A stretch of DNA of 60,911 nt, the filler included, from Asterionella formosa (lineage: Eukaryota), in NCBI GenBank assembly GCA_002256025.1. It is 12 parts of 12 records of this genome, joined end to end, with 100 filler letters (N's around TTAATTAATTAA, not from the genome) between each part and the next. Parts side by side here need not be neighbours in the genome. Positions count along the whole stretch, not along the records: positions 10,190 to 15,181 come from NKIB01013267.1; positions 15,282 to 20,272 come from NKIB01013268.1; positions 20,373 to 25,359 come from NKIB01013269.1; 9 more parts are not named here. The stretch is one strand, 5' to 3'. Below, one piece after another: positions 12,148 to 24,700 of this stretch. The position numbers were made by a program, and so were the translations under genes. The notes beneath the pieces were generated by a model. It had not been told where the DNA came from. It saw only the letters and a list, made by a program, of their open reading frames with translations, and did not search any database. The stretch's first letter is position 1. The number at the start of each line of letters is the position of its first letter.

Positions 12148-14818
12148 ATGAGATTTCATCGATTGGCATGGAGCGCCGTCGCTCTTTTCGCCGTAAGTGC
12201 CCTTTCTAGTCAAACAGGTGAGTTGAAGTTCACAGTGGATCGAATTTCAATGCACTGCTTTGAATCGCATCGATCTTGAGCACATAGAGAGCAAAACAAG
12301 AATGACCTGAACTCACCGTCGCCGCCCATTTCTTTAGGAGTTGCGTCTGCCACGGAGGATGTTGCTCCCACCGAAACCGTCGTACCAGATTATAAACCCC
12401 CATCTGGAGCAGAGAACTTTGAGTTTCAAGCCGAAGTGCACAAGATGTTAGACATTGTCGTCAATTCGCTCTACACTAATAAGGACGTCTTTCTACGCGA
12501 GTTGATTTCCAATGCGTCTGATGCTCTTGACAAGCTTCGGTTCTTGAGTCTCACCAAGCCCGAGCTACTCAAGGAAAAGGCGGAATTAGAAGTCAGAGTG
12601 GAATACGACAGCGAACTCAAGACATTGACCATTCGCGATTCGGGCATTGGAATGACACATGATGAACTTGTCGCCAACCTGGGTACTGTTGCGCGGTCAG
12701 GAACGAGTAAGTTCCTGGAAGCCATGGCGGATAAGAAAGAGGCGCAAGGGGATTTGTCTGGGATGATCGGAAAGTTCGGGGTTGGATTCTACTCCTCGTT
12801 TCTGGTGGCCAGTCGCGTTACGGTGGCTACTAAGCACCCTGACTCGGACAAGCAGTATGTTTGGGAATCTGTCAATGGAGAAGGATCCTACCATATTTAC
12901 GAAGATCCTAGAGGATCTACTCTTGGCCGTGGTACTGAAATTACCCTTCATTTAAAGGATGATGCCGTTGAGTGAGTAGATTACTTCACTGTGGCGCGCG
13001 TTGCTTTCACTACATTTATTCTTTACGCTTACTCACTATTTAACCAAATACAGGTACGCGAATGAAACTCGTCTCAAGAAGCTTGTTGGTCACTATTCGG
13101 AGTTTGTCACACATCCGATCCACTTGCGAACCACCAAAACGGAGACAGTTGAGATTGATGATGATGAAGACGAAGACGAAACCCTCGACACTGAAACCAA
13201 GGAAAAGAAAGGTGATATCGAAATCAGTGAAGACGACGAGATCCCCAAAGATATCAGCGATGAAAGTACCGTCAAATTAAAGCCCAAAAAGACGCAAGAA
13301 GTTACCACGGTAGAATGGGAAGAAATTAACAACAACCCAGCCATCTGGACCCGTGACAAAGAAGATATTTCTGATGATGAGTATCAAAGCTTTTGGAAAG
13401 TGGTTGCGAAGGAAGAGTATACAACGGCTGCCAGGTGGACCCATTTTAATGCAGAAGGTAGCATCAATTTCAAGTCCATTCTCTATCTTCCTGAGCAACT
13501 TCCTGATCACTACAAATTCGGAAACATTGACAGCGTAGCTGGTGGACTTAAGTTGTACGTCCGTAAAGTACTAATTTCCGATGAGTTCAATCTCATGCCA
13601 CGATACCTTGGATTTATCCGCGGTGTTGTTGACTCAGATGATCTTCCTTTGAACGTAAACCGCGAAACACTGCAGGAGTCTAAAATCATTAAAGTTATCA
13701 AGAAAAAGCTCGTGCGCAAGGTTCTCGATTTGATTCGGGCATTCTCCAAGGAGGAAGCTCCAAAAAAGGAAACAAAAGAAGCTGAGATTGATGCCGATGG
13801 CAACGTGATTCCATCCGACGAAGAAAAGGATGAAAAGGACGCACCATATCTGACATGGTACAAGAAATTTGCTCCGAACCTCAAAATGGGTGTCATCGAT
13901 GATCAAGCGAATCGTGGAAAGCTTGCCAAACTTCTCCGATTCCAAACGTCAAAGTCGGACGGAAAGTTAGTTAGTTTTGAAGATTATATCGCCAACATGA
14001 AAGATTGGCAAGAAGAAATTTTTGTCTTGGCCGGACTGAACATCGATGAGGTCAAGAATTCTGCTTTCTTAGATCGCTTCATTGAGAAAGACGTAGAGGT
14101 GATGTTCCTTGTTGACCCTGTGGATGAGTATATGATACAGCAAATGCGTGATTTCGACGGCAAGAAATTCCAAGCTATTTCAGCGGAGAGTGCAAAGCTG
14201 AAAGACGAGGACGTAGATCTTGTTAAGCGCCGTGAAAAGGCCTATCGCAAGAAGTTCATGCCTCTGACCAAGTATCTCAAGAAGCTTTACGGACCGAATG
14301 TGATGCGTGTCGCCATTTCTAAACGCCTTGGTGCTGCTCCTGCGATTATCAGTAGCAGCGAGTATGGACATTCTGCCAATATGGAACGCATTATGAGAGC
14401 GCAAGCCTTCAACCATGGACAAGATGAAATGATGATGCGAGCTATGAAAGTTCTTGAGTTGAACCCGCGCCATCCTTTGGTTTTGAAGCTTTTGGCCGGA
14501 TGCCCGCCTGCCGACGAAGTGGAAGGTGCTGAACCGTTTGTTGTTTCCAAGGAGATTGAGGATGCTGCCTGGACTCTGCACGATATGGCCTTATTGAGCG
14601 GAGGTTTCCCCATCACGGACAACAAGGCTCATTCCGAACGCTTGGTTACTTACCTGCAAACCTCTCTGAATCTTGGTTCATTGACGCTTGAAGACGAGAT
14701 TGACCCTCCTGTCGAAGACGAAAAAGCTCCTGACTTTGACCCCTCCGATATGGATGGAATGAACATGGGAGACTTTAACATGGATGATTTTGACATGGAC
14801 AGCATGAACTTGGATTAG
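12148..14818 (+). CDS. HSP90B1: Secretory-pathway HSP90 (endoplasmin/GRP94 type); exons 12148-12217, 12338-12971, 13054-14818
   Basis: Signal peptide [20 protein letters not shown]; motifs [63 protein letters not shown]. Introns 12218-12337 and 12972-13053 (GTGAGT..AG) restore the frame. Confidence 0.93.
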
Positions 14819-15585
14819 AGCAGCATGACTCTCAAATAAGTTGTTACCATGTTAGAGTTCAAGTTTAAAATCATTAAAACCCCGAGCCACTTGTATGATC
14901 AGCTAGTACGCACATACCTAGTGTTACCACTTACCACCATGATACCAGTTAAATCGTAAAATGTAAACTTGTGATACAGCAATACTGTATTATGTAATAG
15001 CGACATCCATTCGATTATCGATTCATCGATTCTTTTCTATTTTGTTCACAGATTTTCGATTGCGAGACGACCAATTCGAACCAACTGTACTACAGGTGTA
15101 CGAACATACTTCTGTAAGTCGACCGAATGTCCGGAGTCGTGATCGAGCATTGCTGCAGCAATAGCTCAGGTCGGCTTCTTANNNNNNNNNNNNNNNNNNN
15201 NNNNNNNNNNNNNNNNNNNNNNNNNTTAATTAATTAANNNNNNNNNNNNNNNNNNNNNNNNNNNNNNNNNNNNNNNNNNNNGCGTACCTGGTCCTGGTAC
15301 TTTGTGATGGGAAAGCCAACACATATCCTATTCTGTAGATCAGCCATTGCTTTTGCTCCTGACGATCATCAGGCTTTACATACATGAATATAAACATTTA
15401 TGAACATAATCAACACACAGGTACCCGGTACTCCAGGTATAGTACCCCCAGCACTATCAACAATATTGACCATATGGGATGGAAGTTACCAGTTTCCCCC
15501 TGTACCAGATTAAACACAGAAATGATACCCCATACTGGTACGAAATAAGGGGTAACAAATAGTGTCCATCGGATCTTCAGACGTC

Positions 15586-17250
15586 ATGACGGCAGCACTC
15601 CTGCCTCGTCATGCAAAACGTTTTCGTTTCTTGGCTGGGACCATGATGATGATGCTGTTGATGTTGATCCCGCGGTGGAGATTCATCCGACGAATAGCAG
15701 TAGTATTATCCGTCACAGCAATCATGACAATGACAGCCACAGCCTTTCGATCTGTTCGTCGTCGTTTGATTTGGAACCATCGCCTCTTTTCCACAATCAA
15801 TCACTTCCATGACAATGACGACGACACAATCTTTGCTCTGTCGACTGGTCCCATGTTTCCTACTGCCATGGCGATTATACGTATTTCTGGTCCACGAGCA
15901 CACGAAATTTTAGATCAATTGACTACTACTACTGCTACTACTGCTACTACTGCTACTGCCACTACTTCACCCAACCATATTCCAACCCGCAAAGCAGTTC
16001 TTCGCACTCTACGAAATCCCAACGACCCGACAGATGTTTTGGACCAAGCATTGGTATTGAAATTTAATGCACCACACTCCTTTACTGGTGAAAACGTGGT
16101 GGAATTGCATACTCATGGAAGTCGGGCAGTCGTACAGGGGATCCTACAGGTATTGGCGACACTTTTGCGAGTCGCTGAAAAAGGGGAATTCACATCAAGG
16201 GCCTATGCCAATGGGAAATTAGATTTCTTACAAGTAGAAGCCTTGGCAGATTTGTTAATGAGTGATACATCAGCACAAAGGAAGCAAGCATTGTTGCAAC
16301 TGAATGGAACGTTAAGTCAATTGTACACGTCGTGGAGGACGCAATTAACCAAGGGACTGGCACATGCGGAAGCTGTCATTGATTTTGGTGAAGACGACTT
16401 GGATGATGATAGTTCGCAGATCTGGGGAACTGTGTTGGAACGTATGGAGCTACTGCAGCAATCGATGCAACATCATTTACGGGATGGACAACGAGGAGAG
16501 TTGGTACGAGATGGACTCAAGATTTGTATTGTCGGACCACCAAATGCGGGAAAATCGTCGTTATTTAATGTTTTGGCAAAACGAGATGCGGCGATTGTAT
16601 CTTCCATTGCTGGTACTACCAGAGATGTTCTAGAATTGAATCTAGATTTGGGTGGGGTTAGGTGTACATTGAGTGATACAGCAGGAGTTAGAGACGATTC
16701 CGTCGATGTCATTGAACAGGAAGGCATCCACAGGGCGAGAAAGGCGGCGGAACAAGCAGATATCATTGTCGCGATGATTGATGGGACAGATGCAAGTCAA
16801 GGAATAGAGTCCCTACAAAGCATCTTATCGGGGGAATCCATTTTGGAACGGACAATGTTGGTTATGAATAAGCTGGATTTGGCGGACACTCCTACTGTGA
16901 ACGACGATATTGGCCTTTCCCAACTACCCACATTCCAAGTGAGTTGTTCCACCCTCGAGGGGTTGGATGCATTTTTAGATTCCTTGACTGACCGAGTTGT
17001 GACTCGCGTTAGCAATCCAAACAAGGAGGAGTCTGCACTTATTACACGAGCGAGACATCGACAACATGTAGAAGCGGCTGTCGAAGCCCTACAGCGATTC
17101 ACTGCGTTGGCCAATCAAGGGCCAATGGCAGTAGACATGGCAGCAGAGGAATTAAGACTAGCAACGTCGGAATTGGGGCGAATAACTGGTGCTGTTGATG
17201 TTGAAGATGTTTTGGATGTCCTGTTCAAGGACTTTTGTATTGGAAAATAA
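15586..17250 (+). CDS. mnmE: tRNA-modification GTPase MnmE/TrmE (organellar)
   Basis: DTIFALST, AIIRISGP, APHSFTGENVVELHTHG, GPPNAGKSSL, GTTRD, DTAG, NKLD, C-terminal FCIGK. N-terminal targeting extension; exact ATG uncertain (15586 or the MMMM run). Confidence 0.95.
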   Translation: MTAALLPRHAKRFRFLAGTMMMMLLMLIPRWRFIRRIAVVLSVTAIMTMTATAFRSVRRRLIWNHRLFSTINHFHDNDDDTIFALSTGPMFPTAMAIIRISGPRAHEILDQLTTTTATTATTATATTSPNHIPTRKAVLRTLRNPNDPTDVLDQALVLKFNAPHSFTGENVVELHTHGSRAVVQGILQVLATLLRVAEKGEFTSRAYANGKLDFLQVEALADLLMSDTSAQRKQALLQLNGTLSQLYTSWRTQLTKGLAHAEAVIDFGEDDLDDDSSQIWGTVLERMELLQQSMQHHLRDGQRGELVRDGLKICIVGPPNAGKSSLFNVLAKRDAAIVSSIAGTTRDVLELNLDLGGVRCTLSDTAGVRDDSVDVIEQEGIHRARKAAEQADIIVAMIDGTDASQGIESLQSILSGESILERTMLVMNKLDLADTPTVNDDIGLSQLPTFQVSCSTLEGLDAFLDSLTDRVVTRVSNPNKEESALITRARHRQHVEAAVEALQRFTALANQGPMAVDMAAEELRLATSELGRITGAVDVEDVLDVLFKDFCIGK

Positions 17251-17800
17251 ACTACGGTACTGTATCTGGTTGTATATGAAGAGCAAATGCTTTGATGATA
17301 TCAACAGCTAGTAAGTTTTTTATGCGAGCGTTATCATGCTACAACAACATGCCGTCAAATTATTATTCCAACAACGTGGCCGTCCGATTATTAATCAAAC
17401 AATGTTGAAGCACAACCAATCCAAGTGGAACCACGGTGAATCTTTGCTTTTCATGCGCGACAGATTATACGTACCATGTCGAATACAGTGTCTCCTTGTA
17501 AGTTCCTGGGCAAATCAATTAACCTAATTGGACCTATTTAGGCAGCAAAATAGAAAAATCGAAACAGGGCACATGGTTCGCGACAAGAAATGGAAGAAAG
17601 CATTGACATCAACCAGGCAAACTGGGTACTTACCTTCATGACGGCTAATTGAAACAATAGGGCGATCCTGAGAAAGGAGAGAAAGGAATAACAGCTTGGT
17701 AACGCGAGCTAAAACAAAACAATACACACCTCATTAAAATCCGGTACGAGCCCTTCGTCACTCTTTCCTTATTTCCTTACCAACCTGCCAGAAAAGGCAT

Positions 17801-19489
17801 TCAACTTGTACTACCTCGATGTTGCAGCATTCTTGCTTCGACAATAGCCGTGGATACTTCTTGTATCCGGCTATCCAAGTATGCCTCTCTAAGTTGGCGT
17901 TCCTTTAAGACGTTCTCGCACTCTTTTATCGATTTCTGCAGTTCACATTGTTCCTGGTCTATCGCGGCAATCGCATCATCATGAACTTTTATTTTTTGCT
18001 CTTCAGCCCGCAGTAAATTTCGTTGTTGAACAAACAAACGTTTCCAATAAGCCACCTCTCTGTCATGTTGTACCTGTTCTTGTCTCTGAATTAATTGCTC
18101 TCTATTAAGTATGGGTGGTGGTTTCTTTCGTTGCTGCAAGCTTTTTTTGAGTTTTAATGTCATTCGTTTCAATTCAAGTTTCTTCTTTAGAAGTTCTACG
18201 TTCATGTCAACGACTTGTTTCTTTTTGGTTTGTAGGTGCTGATCTGAGGATTGATCTGATGTCTGATCTAAGGTATGATCAGAGTGTTGATCTGAGTGCT
18301 GATCGAAGGTATGACCGCTTTCACTGTCGTCACTCGTTTCGTCGCCGTCGTGTTGAACATTGACAGGTTCTATCCATCGCACCTGTTCTGGTGGTCCCGA
18401 TTGGCTAATGTTTTCAATCACCAAGTGATGATGATGATGGTTGCGAAGGGCCATTACTAATTTTTCCTTGGCTTTCATCAGTTTTGCTCTAACTTGTTCC
18501 ATTTGTATAGCCTTATTGTCAGACAATTGTGTAGGTGGTGACTGATAATTCCTTCTCTTGGTTCTCAATGCTTCCAATCGCTTTTTGGTATGATCAGCTT
18601 TGGTCCTCTCAGTAGTAACAATCAATTCATTATCCGCCTTTTTGGCAGGCAACGTTGGTAAATCCGAGTACAAAACGTCTTGTTCCATGTCGGAAGAAGG
18701 AGATTCTTGTGGCGGCATCACCGGCTGTTTCAATGGATCAGTACTATCCACCATTAGCGCCTGCTGACTCCCAGAAGCACTAGTAGGAGTAACATCAACC
18801 TGTGCAGCAGTTGCAGCAGCATCTCCATCAGACTCTTCCATATCAGACGTTGATGATGTTCTCTGATTTCGAGCATATTTGGGAGGTGGTGGTGGAGGAG
18901 GAGGGGGCGGTGGCAGCGGAAAAGGAGGACTGAGCCACTGCATCGTTGGGTACGTAGTAAGAACTGTGGCGTCATGTTGATACTGTTGACTCAGTGATGG
19001 TAAAGGAGCAGTAGCAGTAGCAGTCGTATTATTAACATTGCTATTAGTAACCGCCTCCATTGACATGGGAAACTGATTCTGCCAATCTTGCATTGGTGAC
19101 GAGTTCCATAATGGCGTTGATGGTGGTGGTGGTGGTGGTGGTGGTTGTTGATACGCGTGCCTCCATACTTCTTGTTGCTTTTGAGCTACTCCCACCACTA
19201 CTCGTGGGTTCCACCCCAACTGTTGTATGACATGGTGCTGCTGTCGTTGTTGTTGTTGAAAACGTCGTTGTCGTGTTGCATCGTCGACATCTTTTGAAAT
19301 GTTCCATCTACCAGCGGTGGCGGTAGTGCTATTCCATCGCCCGCTGTTGTTGTTGCTGTTGCTGACTGTCATGACTTGCTCTTTTGCCGAAGCTCTTCTA
19401 TGCGAGCAAGTGAGGATGGTATGTGTGGGATCTGATACACGAAGTAACTTCGACACAATTACTGTCTCGTCCGATTCGTCTTTCTCCAT
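17801..19489 (-). CDS. Hypothetical low-complexity protein (Pro/Gln-rich N-half, coiled-coil C-terminus)
   Basis: 562-codon open frame starting at ATG, with poly-P, poly-Q and DQxS repeats and a heptad-like C-terminal region. No domain recognised. Confidence 0.6.
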   Translation of the reverse strand: MEKDESDETVIVSKLLRVSDPTHTILTCSHRRASAKEQVMTVSNSNNNSGRWNSTTATAGRWNISKDVDDATRQRRFQQQQRQQHHVIQQLGWNPRVVVGVAQKQQEVWRHAYQQPPPPPPPPSTPLWNSSPMQDWQNQFPMSMEAVTNSNVNNTTATATAPLPSLSQQYQHDATVLTTYPTMQWLSPPFPLPPPPPPPPPPPKYARNQRTSSTSDMEESDGDAAATAAQVDVTPTSASGSQQALMVDSTDPLKQPVMPPQESPSSDMEQDVLYSDLPTLPAKKADNELIVTTERTKADHTKKRLEALRTKRRNYQSPPTQLSDNKAIQMEQVRAKLMKAKEKLVMALRNHHHHHLVIENISQSGPPEQVRWIEPVNVQHDGDETSDDSESGHTFDQHSDQHSDHTLDQTSDQSSDQHLQTKKKQVVDMNVELLKKKLELKRMTLKLKKSLQQRKKPPPILNREQLIQRQEQVQHDREVAYWKRLFVQQRNLLRAEEQKIKVHDDAIAAIDQEQCELQKSIKECENVLKERQLREAYLDSRIQEVSTAIVEARMLQHRGSTS

Positions 19490-20372
19490 CTGTAGTGATC
19501 AGTTAGTTAGTAGTTCGTGTCGCTCCATGTGTCCTTTGCTAGAATAGACTAAAATCGCGCCATCGAATAATAGAATAGCGTGCCAAGAAAAAGCTAAATT
19601 ATCGCAAATGGCTTTCTGAATTCGTTGCTAATAAGAAACGTGTCCAGTTCCCAAACTCCGGATTTAGTTCCATCCTATCTCCGGGTTTTGCGGCAGTCGA
19701 GATGTGCTTTGCCATGGGAGGGAAGTGGGTGATTTTAAACTATAAATTGCGAAAGGCTTTGCGATGTTTAGACTGTTTCTTTTAGCTGGCTTCAAAGAAT
19801 TGTGTGCTTCACACATGTACCAATCTTACTACAAATGATAACCTCACGTGCTGGCTGGTTATTATCTTTCACCCTTACTATATAGCTCATGACTCCTTGG
19901 TTGTTCGATTCAACTCTAAAGCTAGAACTTAATAGTCACGTCATCGCTATATTAATATCTCAGCTTTGAATCCTTTGACTTGATTTGCAAGGTTTATTCC
20001 TTATGATGTTTGTGTGTCCTGGCCCATTGCCTCCATCCTTGTCTGTTATGATAGTATCAAAGCACAAGGAGGCAAGTAGGAGAACCTCTCCCTGTATGTA
20101 TATATACTGGTAATATGACCGTAAAATGCTTTCTTATCATTCTGTCTGATTCTGGTCTGAATTGAGTCATTCCTGATTGATTCTAAAATGATGCCCTCCA
20201 AAGCAATGTCTGACTTAAACATGTCAACAACATCCACCAAAGACTACTTGTACTATCTGAAAACCTAAACCANNNNNNNNNNNNNNNNNNNNNNNNNNNN
20301 NNNNNNNNNNNNNNNNTTAATTAATTAANNNNNNNNNNNNNNNNNNNNNNNNNNNNNNNNNNNNNNNNNNNN

Positions 20373-23300
20373 TTGTGAAGGCGTTGTATGGTATTGAAAT
20401 TTGGGTAAGTTGGAAGGAACTGTCGTTGATCAATCTGTCCTTTTTGTTTGGTTTTATTAAGATACCTTGAGGGGTGTAGTTGATATTTGTGATGAACAAG
20501 CCCAGCATACATTAGACTGTGAAAATGTTCTCACGTGCGTCTTCTTTGTTCATGGCTTTGGCGACCAGGGTTGGGTTAGAGTCAATGGTTTTGTGGTTGC
20601 CATAGGTGCGATATTCCTTGATTTTGGCTGGGCATCCGAATGTAAGAATGCGGGCTATTTGTTGGTATGTGGCTTCATCAACTATTCCCTTCAGTTGGGG
20701 CAAGATGATAGTTGGGCTGTGATAGGGGAGTCCAAGAAGGGTTCCTCCAACATAACGAATACATGCAGCAATGTCACCACTAAAGTGAAGAAGGAGTGCT
20801 GACCTCATTTTGGTGCGATGAGGTGGAATGGCTTGTTGGGTGGTCCAGTTTGGGTCATGGGTTTGGAGTGGGCTAAAATCCACTGTGGATAATTCGACAA
20901 TTTTTCGGCAGAGGTGTTTGACTCTGGGGTCCATGGACCAGAGGGCTTCATAGTCATAATTATCAGGTAAGTGCACCTGTTCATGATCTTAATCAAGAGG
21001 GTCGAGTAAATTGTTGGCGTTGTTGTAACTGAAACATTTCTTGTATTCTTACCAAAGGGTTGTGAGACAGCAAGTTGTGCTGCTGATGGGATACTTGATC
21101 TTGTAAGATAGGCTGCTTTTATGCTTGCATTGACTTGGCTCCCTGTGAAGGGAGTTGAGGTTGTTCGATGTGTTGGTTTCTGGTGTCCTGTGGAATCCGG
21201 CTTGAATGATATTTTTCGTATGTTGCTAGTTTGCGCATGGTCCACAGTGAATGGGTTATTATTGCATTGTGACGGTTTGTAGAATTGGAGGAGCCTTGTT
21301 TTGGTGTTGTGGCATATTATTAGTGAGTTCTACAAATAATGTCATGGTGTGTTGTATGTGTAACTGTTTTTCTAGCTTACTCACATCTGTTGGATCCAAT
21401 CCATGATTTTCTTTTTTGTGTCTCCCACCCAAGTGATGGTGGAGTCATTGTCAACCCAACTGACGAGTTTTTTGGCTTCGGCTATGGTGCCGATTTCAGA
21501 TGGTTTGGTGGGGTGACGGTATCGGCAGTTTGGTCAACGGCATACTTGGTGCTCAGTAATGTGTGCAAAACACACAATATCTTTTACATCATTTGATCCT
21601 GGGACTACCAAAGGATTATGGTCCCATACTTTCCAATCAGCCGGAACTGGGTTGACTAGACTGATGTAAGTTACTGTTGAGATGGGATTTTCAGCTCTTG
21701 GTTTCTTTGTTTGTGTGGGAATGTTTTTGTCGACATCTTTGTCAGTTACCTTTTGACGATCTTTGGTTCTTCGTTTGTTTGTTTGCTGGTCATAACTCTG
21801 GAGAGACTTGTCGGAATCTGTAGAGCTTGTTTTGTTTTGTGTGGGGCTTTGTTCTATGAAAAGCCTGTTGCATGACAATGAGTTAAAAGTGGTGCACTGC
21901 ATTGTATGTCTGCGTTGATATTGTTCACTGTGCGACAACTGTTGTAAAATCATCGAAGGCAGGGTGGCTGTCATAAACGGGTTGACCATGAAGAATAGCG
22001 TGACTGATTTCTGGTTTGTGGCTGATGTCTGTGACAGCTGCAACCGTGGTTGCAGCTACCCGGAGAATGTAAGGTACAGCTTTGGGTATGGCTTGAAAGC
22101 TGGTGCATCTGGGGGCACTGGCGGTAACATGGTAAGTTGTATCAACCAAGCTTGACAAAATGTTTGTCAATGCAGACACCTGTGAGTTTGGAATTGTTGA
22201 AGGTGTTCTGGCAAGTGTTTGGAGTAAGATTAAAAAGTTTATCAATGTTTTTGCAACTGATTCGATGGAGTCATCTCCTAAATTTGTGTATTGAATGTTT
22301 GTGGTTGACTTTGTTTGGTGGTGATCGGCTTCGTTTGCTTGTTCATCCAAAGTGAGCCTTGTTTGGTGTTCCATTAGTTTTTGGTAACCTGCGGCGTGAT
22401 CTGCATGAGGGCATGCCATGTGGTATAGTGTGATTGGACCGTTGAGGACGTCTTTGGGTGATCGTGCTTGTACTAACTCATCTAAAGTTGCAAGTGAGCA
22501 GGCTTTCAGTTTCCCCACCGTGGTGTTGTTTATAGCATGGATTGCGAGTTCGGCAATTCGCCAGGGACTCGTTAGGTCGGCTCCTGCGCTATGGAGGGAC
22601 CTTGTTGTTTGAGAAAGGAGGCGTCGGAATTGTACGACGGCTGCTGTGGTGGAGGTGGTGGTGTTGAAGACCTCCCGGAATTGGGGGTTGAGTGGAGCAT
22701 ATGTTATAAGATACCCTCGATTGTTTGGGTTACAAGGTTGGTTATATGCTCGGCGGAATGCGAAGATATATGTTGAAAGCCTGTCCAGTTGGTTTTGGAT
22801 GTTTGCTGGTTGATTTTGGTATTGTCGGCCAAAAAGAGCTTCAGTAGGGACGGGGCTAGTCATGGGGGTGCTGTTTGGCATAGGGGTGTGATTTGGGTGG
22901 AATAGTAGTTGTTGTGGAGTATCTGCCAGCTGGTATGGGACTCCAAACTGGTATTGGAGGTTTGCCAAGGCTTTCTGGTACGCTATTTTGTGGTGGTCAT
23001 CATGGTTTGTGGTATGATAAGCATTGTTGACTTGGGGATTGGGGGGATGGGTATTCCAGAGAGCCTCGGGGGTTGTTGGTGGTAGTTTTTGGTGTTGGTC
23101 TCGGTGTAATGTAATGGTTGTGGGTAGTTTTGTTGCTGGGAGACGTGGTTGGAAGGGTGGAGTTGGTGTGTTGGAGTGACTGTTGGGGGAGATGCTGGTG
23201 GTGTGTATGTGTTTGCTGTTGGATAGGATATTGGGTATGTGAATCCTCTGTGTTGAAAAGGTGGATCTTCCTGCACCAATTTTTGGGTTGGGGTTGCTGG

Positions 23301-24700
23301 TGTTTTGCAGGTCCGTTGGAATGGATATGGGTCAACCGGTGCTGGGTTGTGACAAGGGTATTCCACAATATCGTCCTCCGGGTCAGAAATTACGGAATCT
23401 GATGTGTCAGTTTGGAATGTGGACTGGTTGGGGGGTGCAAGATGTGGCAGTGGAGGTAGAACGAGAATCTTTTTTCTTGGGATTGGTGGTGTGAGGAGTG
23501 GCAACATTGTGGGTGTGGTGGTTGGTGGATGGGGTGTATCCTCTCCAGCTCCTGTTGCATTGAGATTGTCTGGGTTGGTTGTTTTGGTGCTGGGGTAGAA
23601 TTCCGCCAAAGGGTTGTTGGAAATGTTGTCAAGTGTGCTCTCGTAGATGGCTCGGTTAGAAGCGGATTTGCGGATCCAGTCTGCCATGGTTTGGCATAGA
23701 AGAGTGAGCCATTTTGTTTTTGGTGTGGTATGAAGGACAGAGGGGGCGGTTTCGTTTGTGTGGAGGCTGGAGGTTTGTTGGGGTTTTGTTGGGATGATCG
23801 CGTTTTCTACAAACCATTTCACATACTTATGTTTTACAGGAAGGATAGGGTTCTCGATGTGCAGGGAGGTCCCCTTGGTATGTTCATGGAGGTAATGCCA
23901 GGCTGCCACAAGATAGTGGAGGAAAGGGTGTTGGCCATCAAGGTTAAAGATGAAATCGTCATCATCTAGTGTTCCTTCAGGTGGGAATGTAGGTGGAGCA
24001 TCTAAAATGGCTATGGTTGGAATAGAACCGAAGAAACTTTCAAGATCATGGAGTACTACTGCATCAGGGGTATCAGAGGCAGAGTGGTACCCTGGCCAAC
24101 CATCGGGGTTTGGAAGGCTGGTTGGTGTTTTCTGTAGTTTGAATTTTGTACCCTTCGGGATGCGACCATCAAAAGCTGAGCCTTCATCGACATGGTGTGG
24201 TTGCATGAGCAAAGACAAGGCTCCTGGGCTCCTGGGGCTAGGGCAATGACATTGGAAATGAGGTCAATGACTTGGAAAGTGTATGTGACTGGTGTGTCAA
24301 CTGTGTCAATGTGGCCGCAGGTTCCTACTCCACTTAGTCCATCAGGAGAGAGGATGGGTTTGCGGAGGAGACGGTAGTTGTTATCATGGGTGATGACAAG
24401 GATGGCTTCGGCATGACGAAGGGATTCGGTTTTTTCTTCAAGTGTTGGAGCTTGGAAAAAAGATGCAAAAGGGTGGTCCAGGTTGTAGGTTCCATCAGGG
24501 TGTCTTGGTGGAGTCTCGGTTGGTTGGTAGGATGCATTGACAAGACTTGTTTGTAGGGTAGCTTTTTGAGATGCAGTGAGGTTGGATGTGTGAAACAAGT
24601 TGTGGAGAGTCTGGTAACGTTTGAGCATTGGGTTTTGGTGGTTGCTGGTGGCGGGGGCTGTGGCAACGAGCTGATTGGCTGGTGGAAGCATCATGGTGCT
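20373..24700 (-). mobile_element. Decayed DIRS/Ngaro-like retroelement: long gag-like ORF1 plus the start of the RT ORF, cut by the contig end
   Basis: Consecutive minus-strand ORFs broken by frameshifts and stops. ORF1 ends in C-x9-C-x4-C-x3-H (CFAHITEHQVCR*PNCRYRH). It is followed by RILTFGCPA..YGNH...MNKED and TPQGILIKPNKKDRLINDSSF, resembling DIRS-type RT domains 1-2. Strong C/A strand bias. Confidence 0.55.

Noticed and set aside
13093..14625. Antisense and alternate-frame ORFs over HSP90 (likewise over OSCA, MnmE, ATP-grasp and GH161)
   Set aside because: Shadow ORFs of well-supported genes, with no recognisable motifs.
19860..20272. Possible gag-like remnant at the end of contig 4
   Set aside because: CpG-poor and TE-like, but there is no diagnostic motif.
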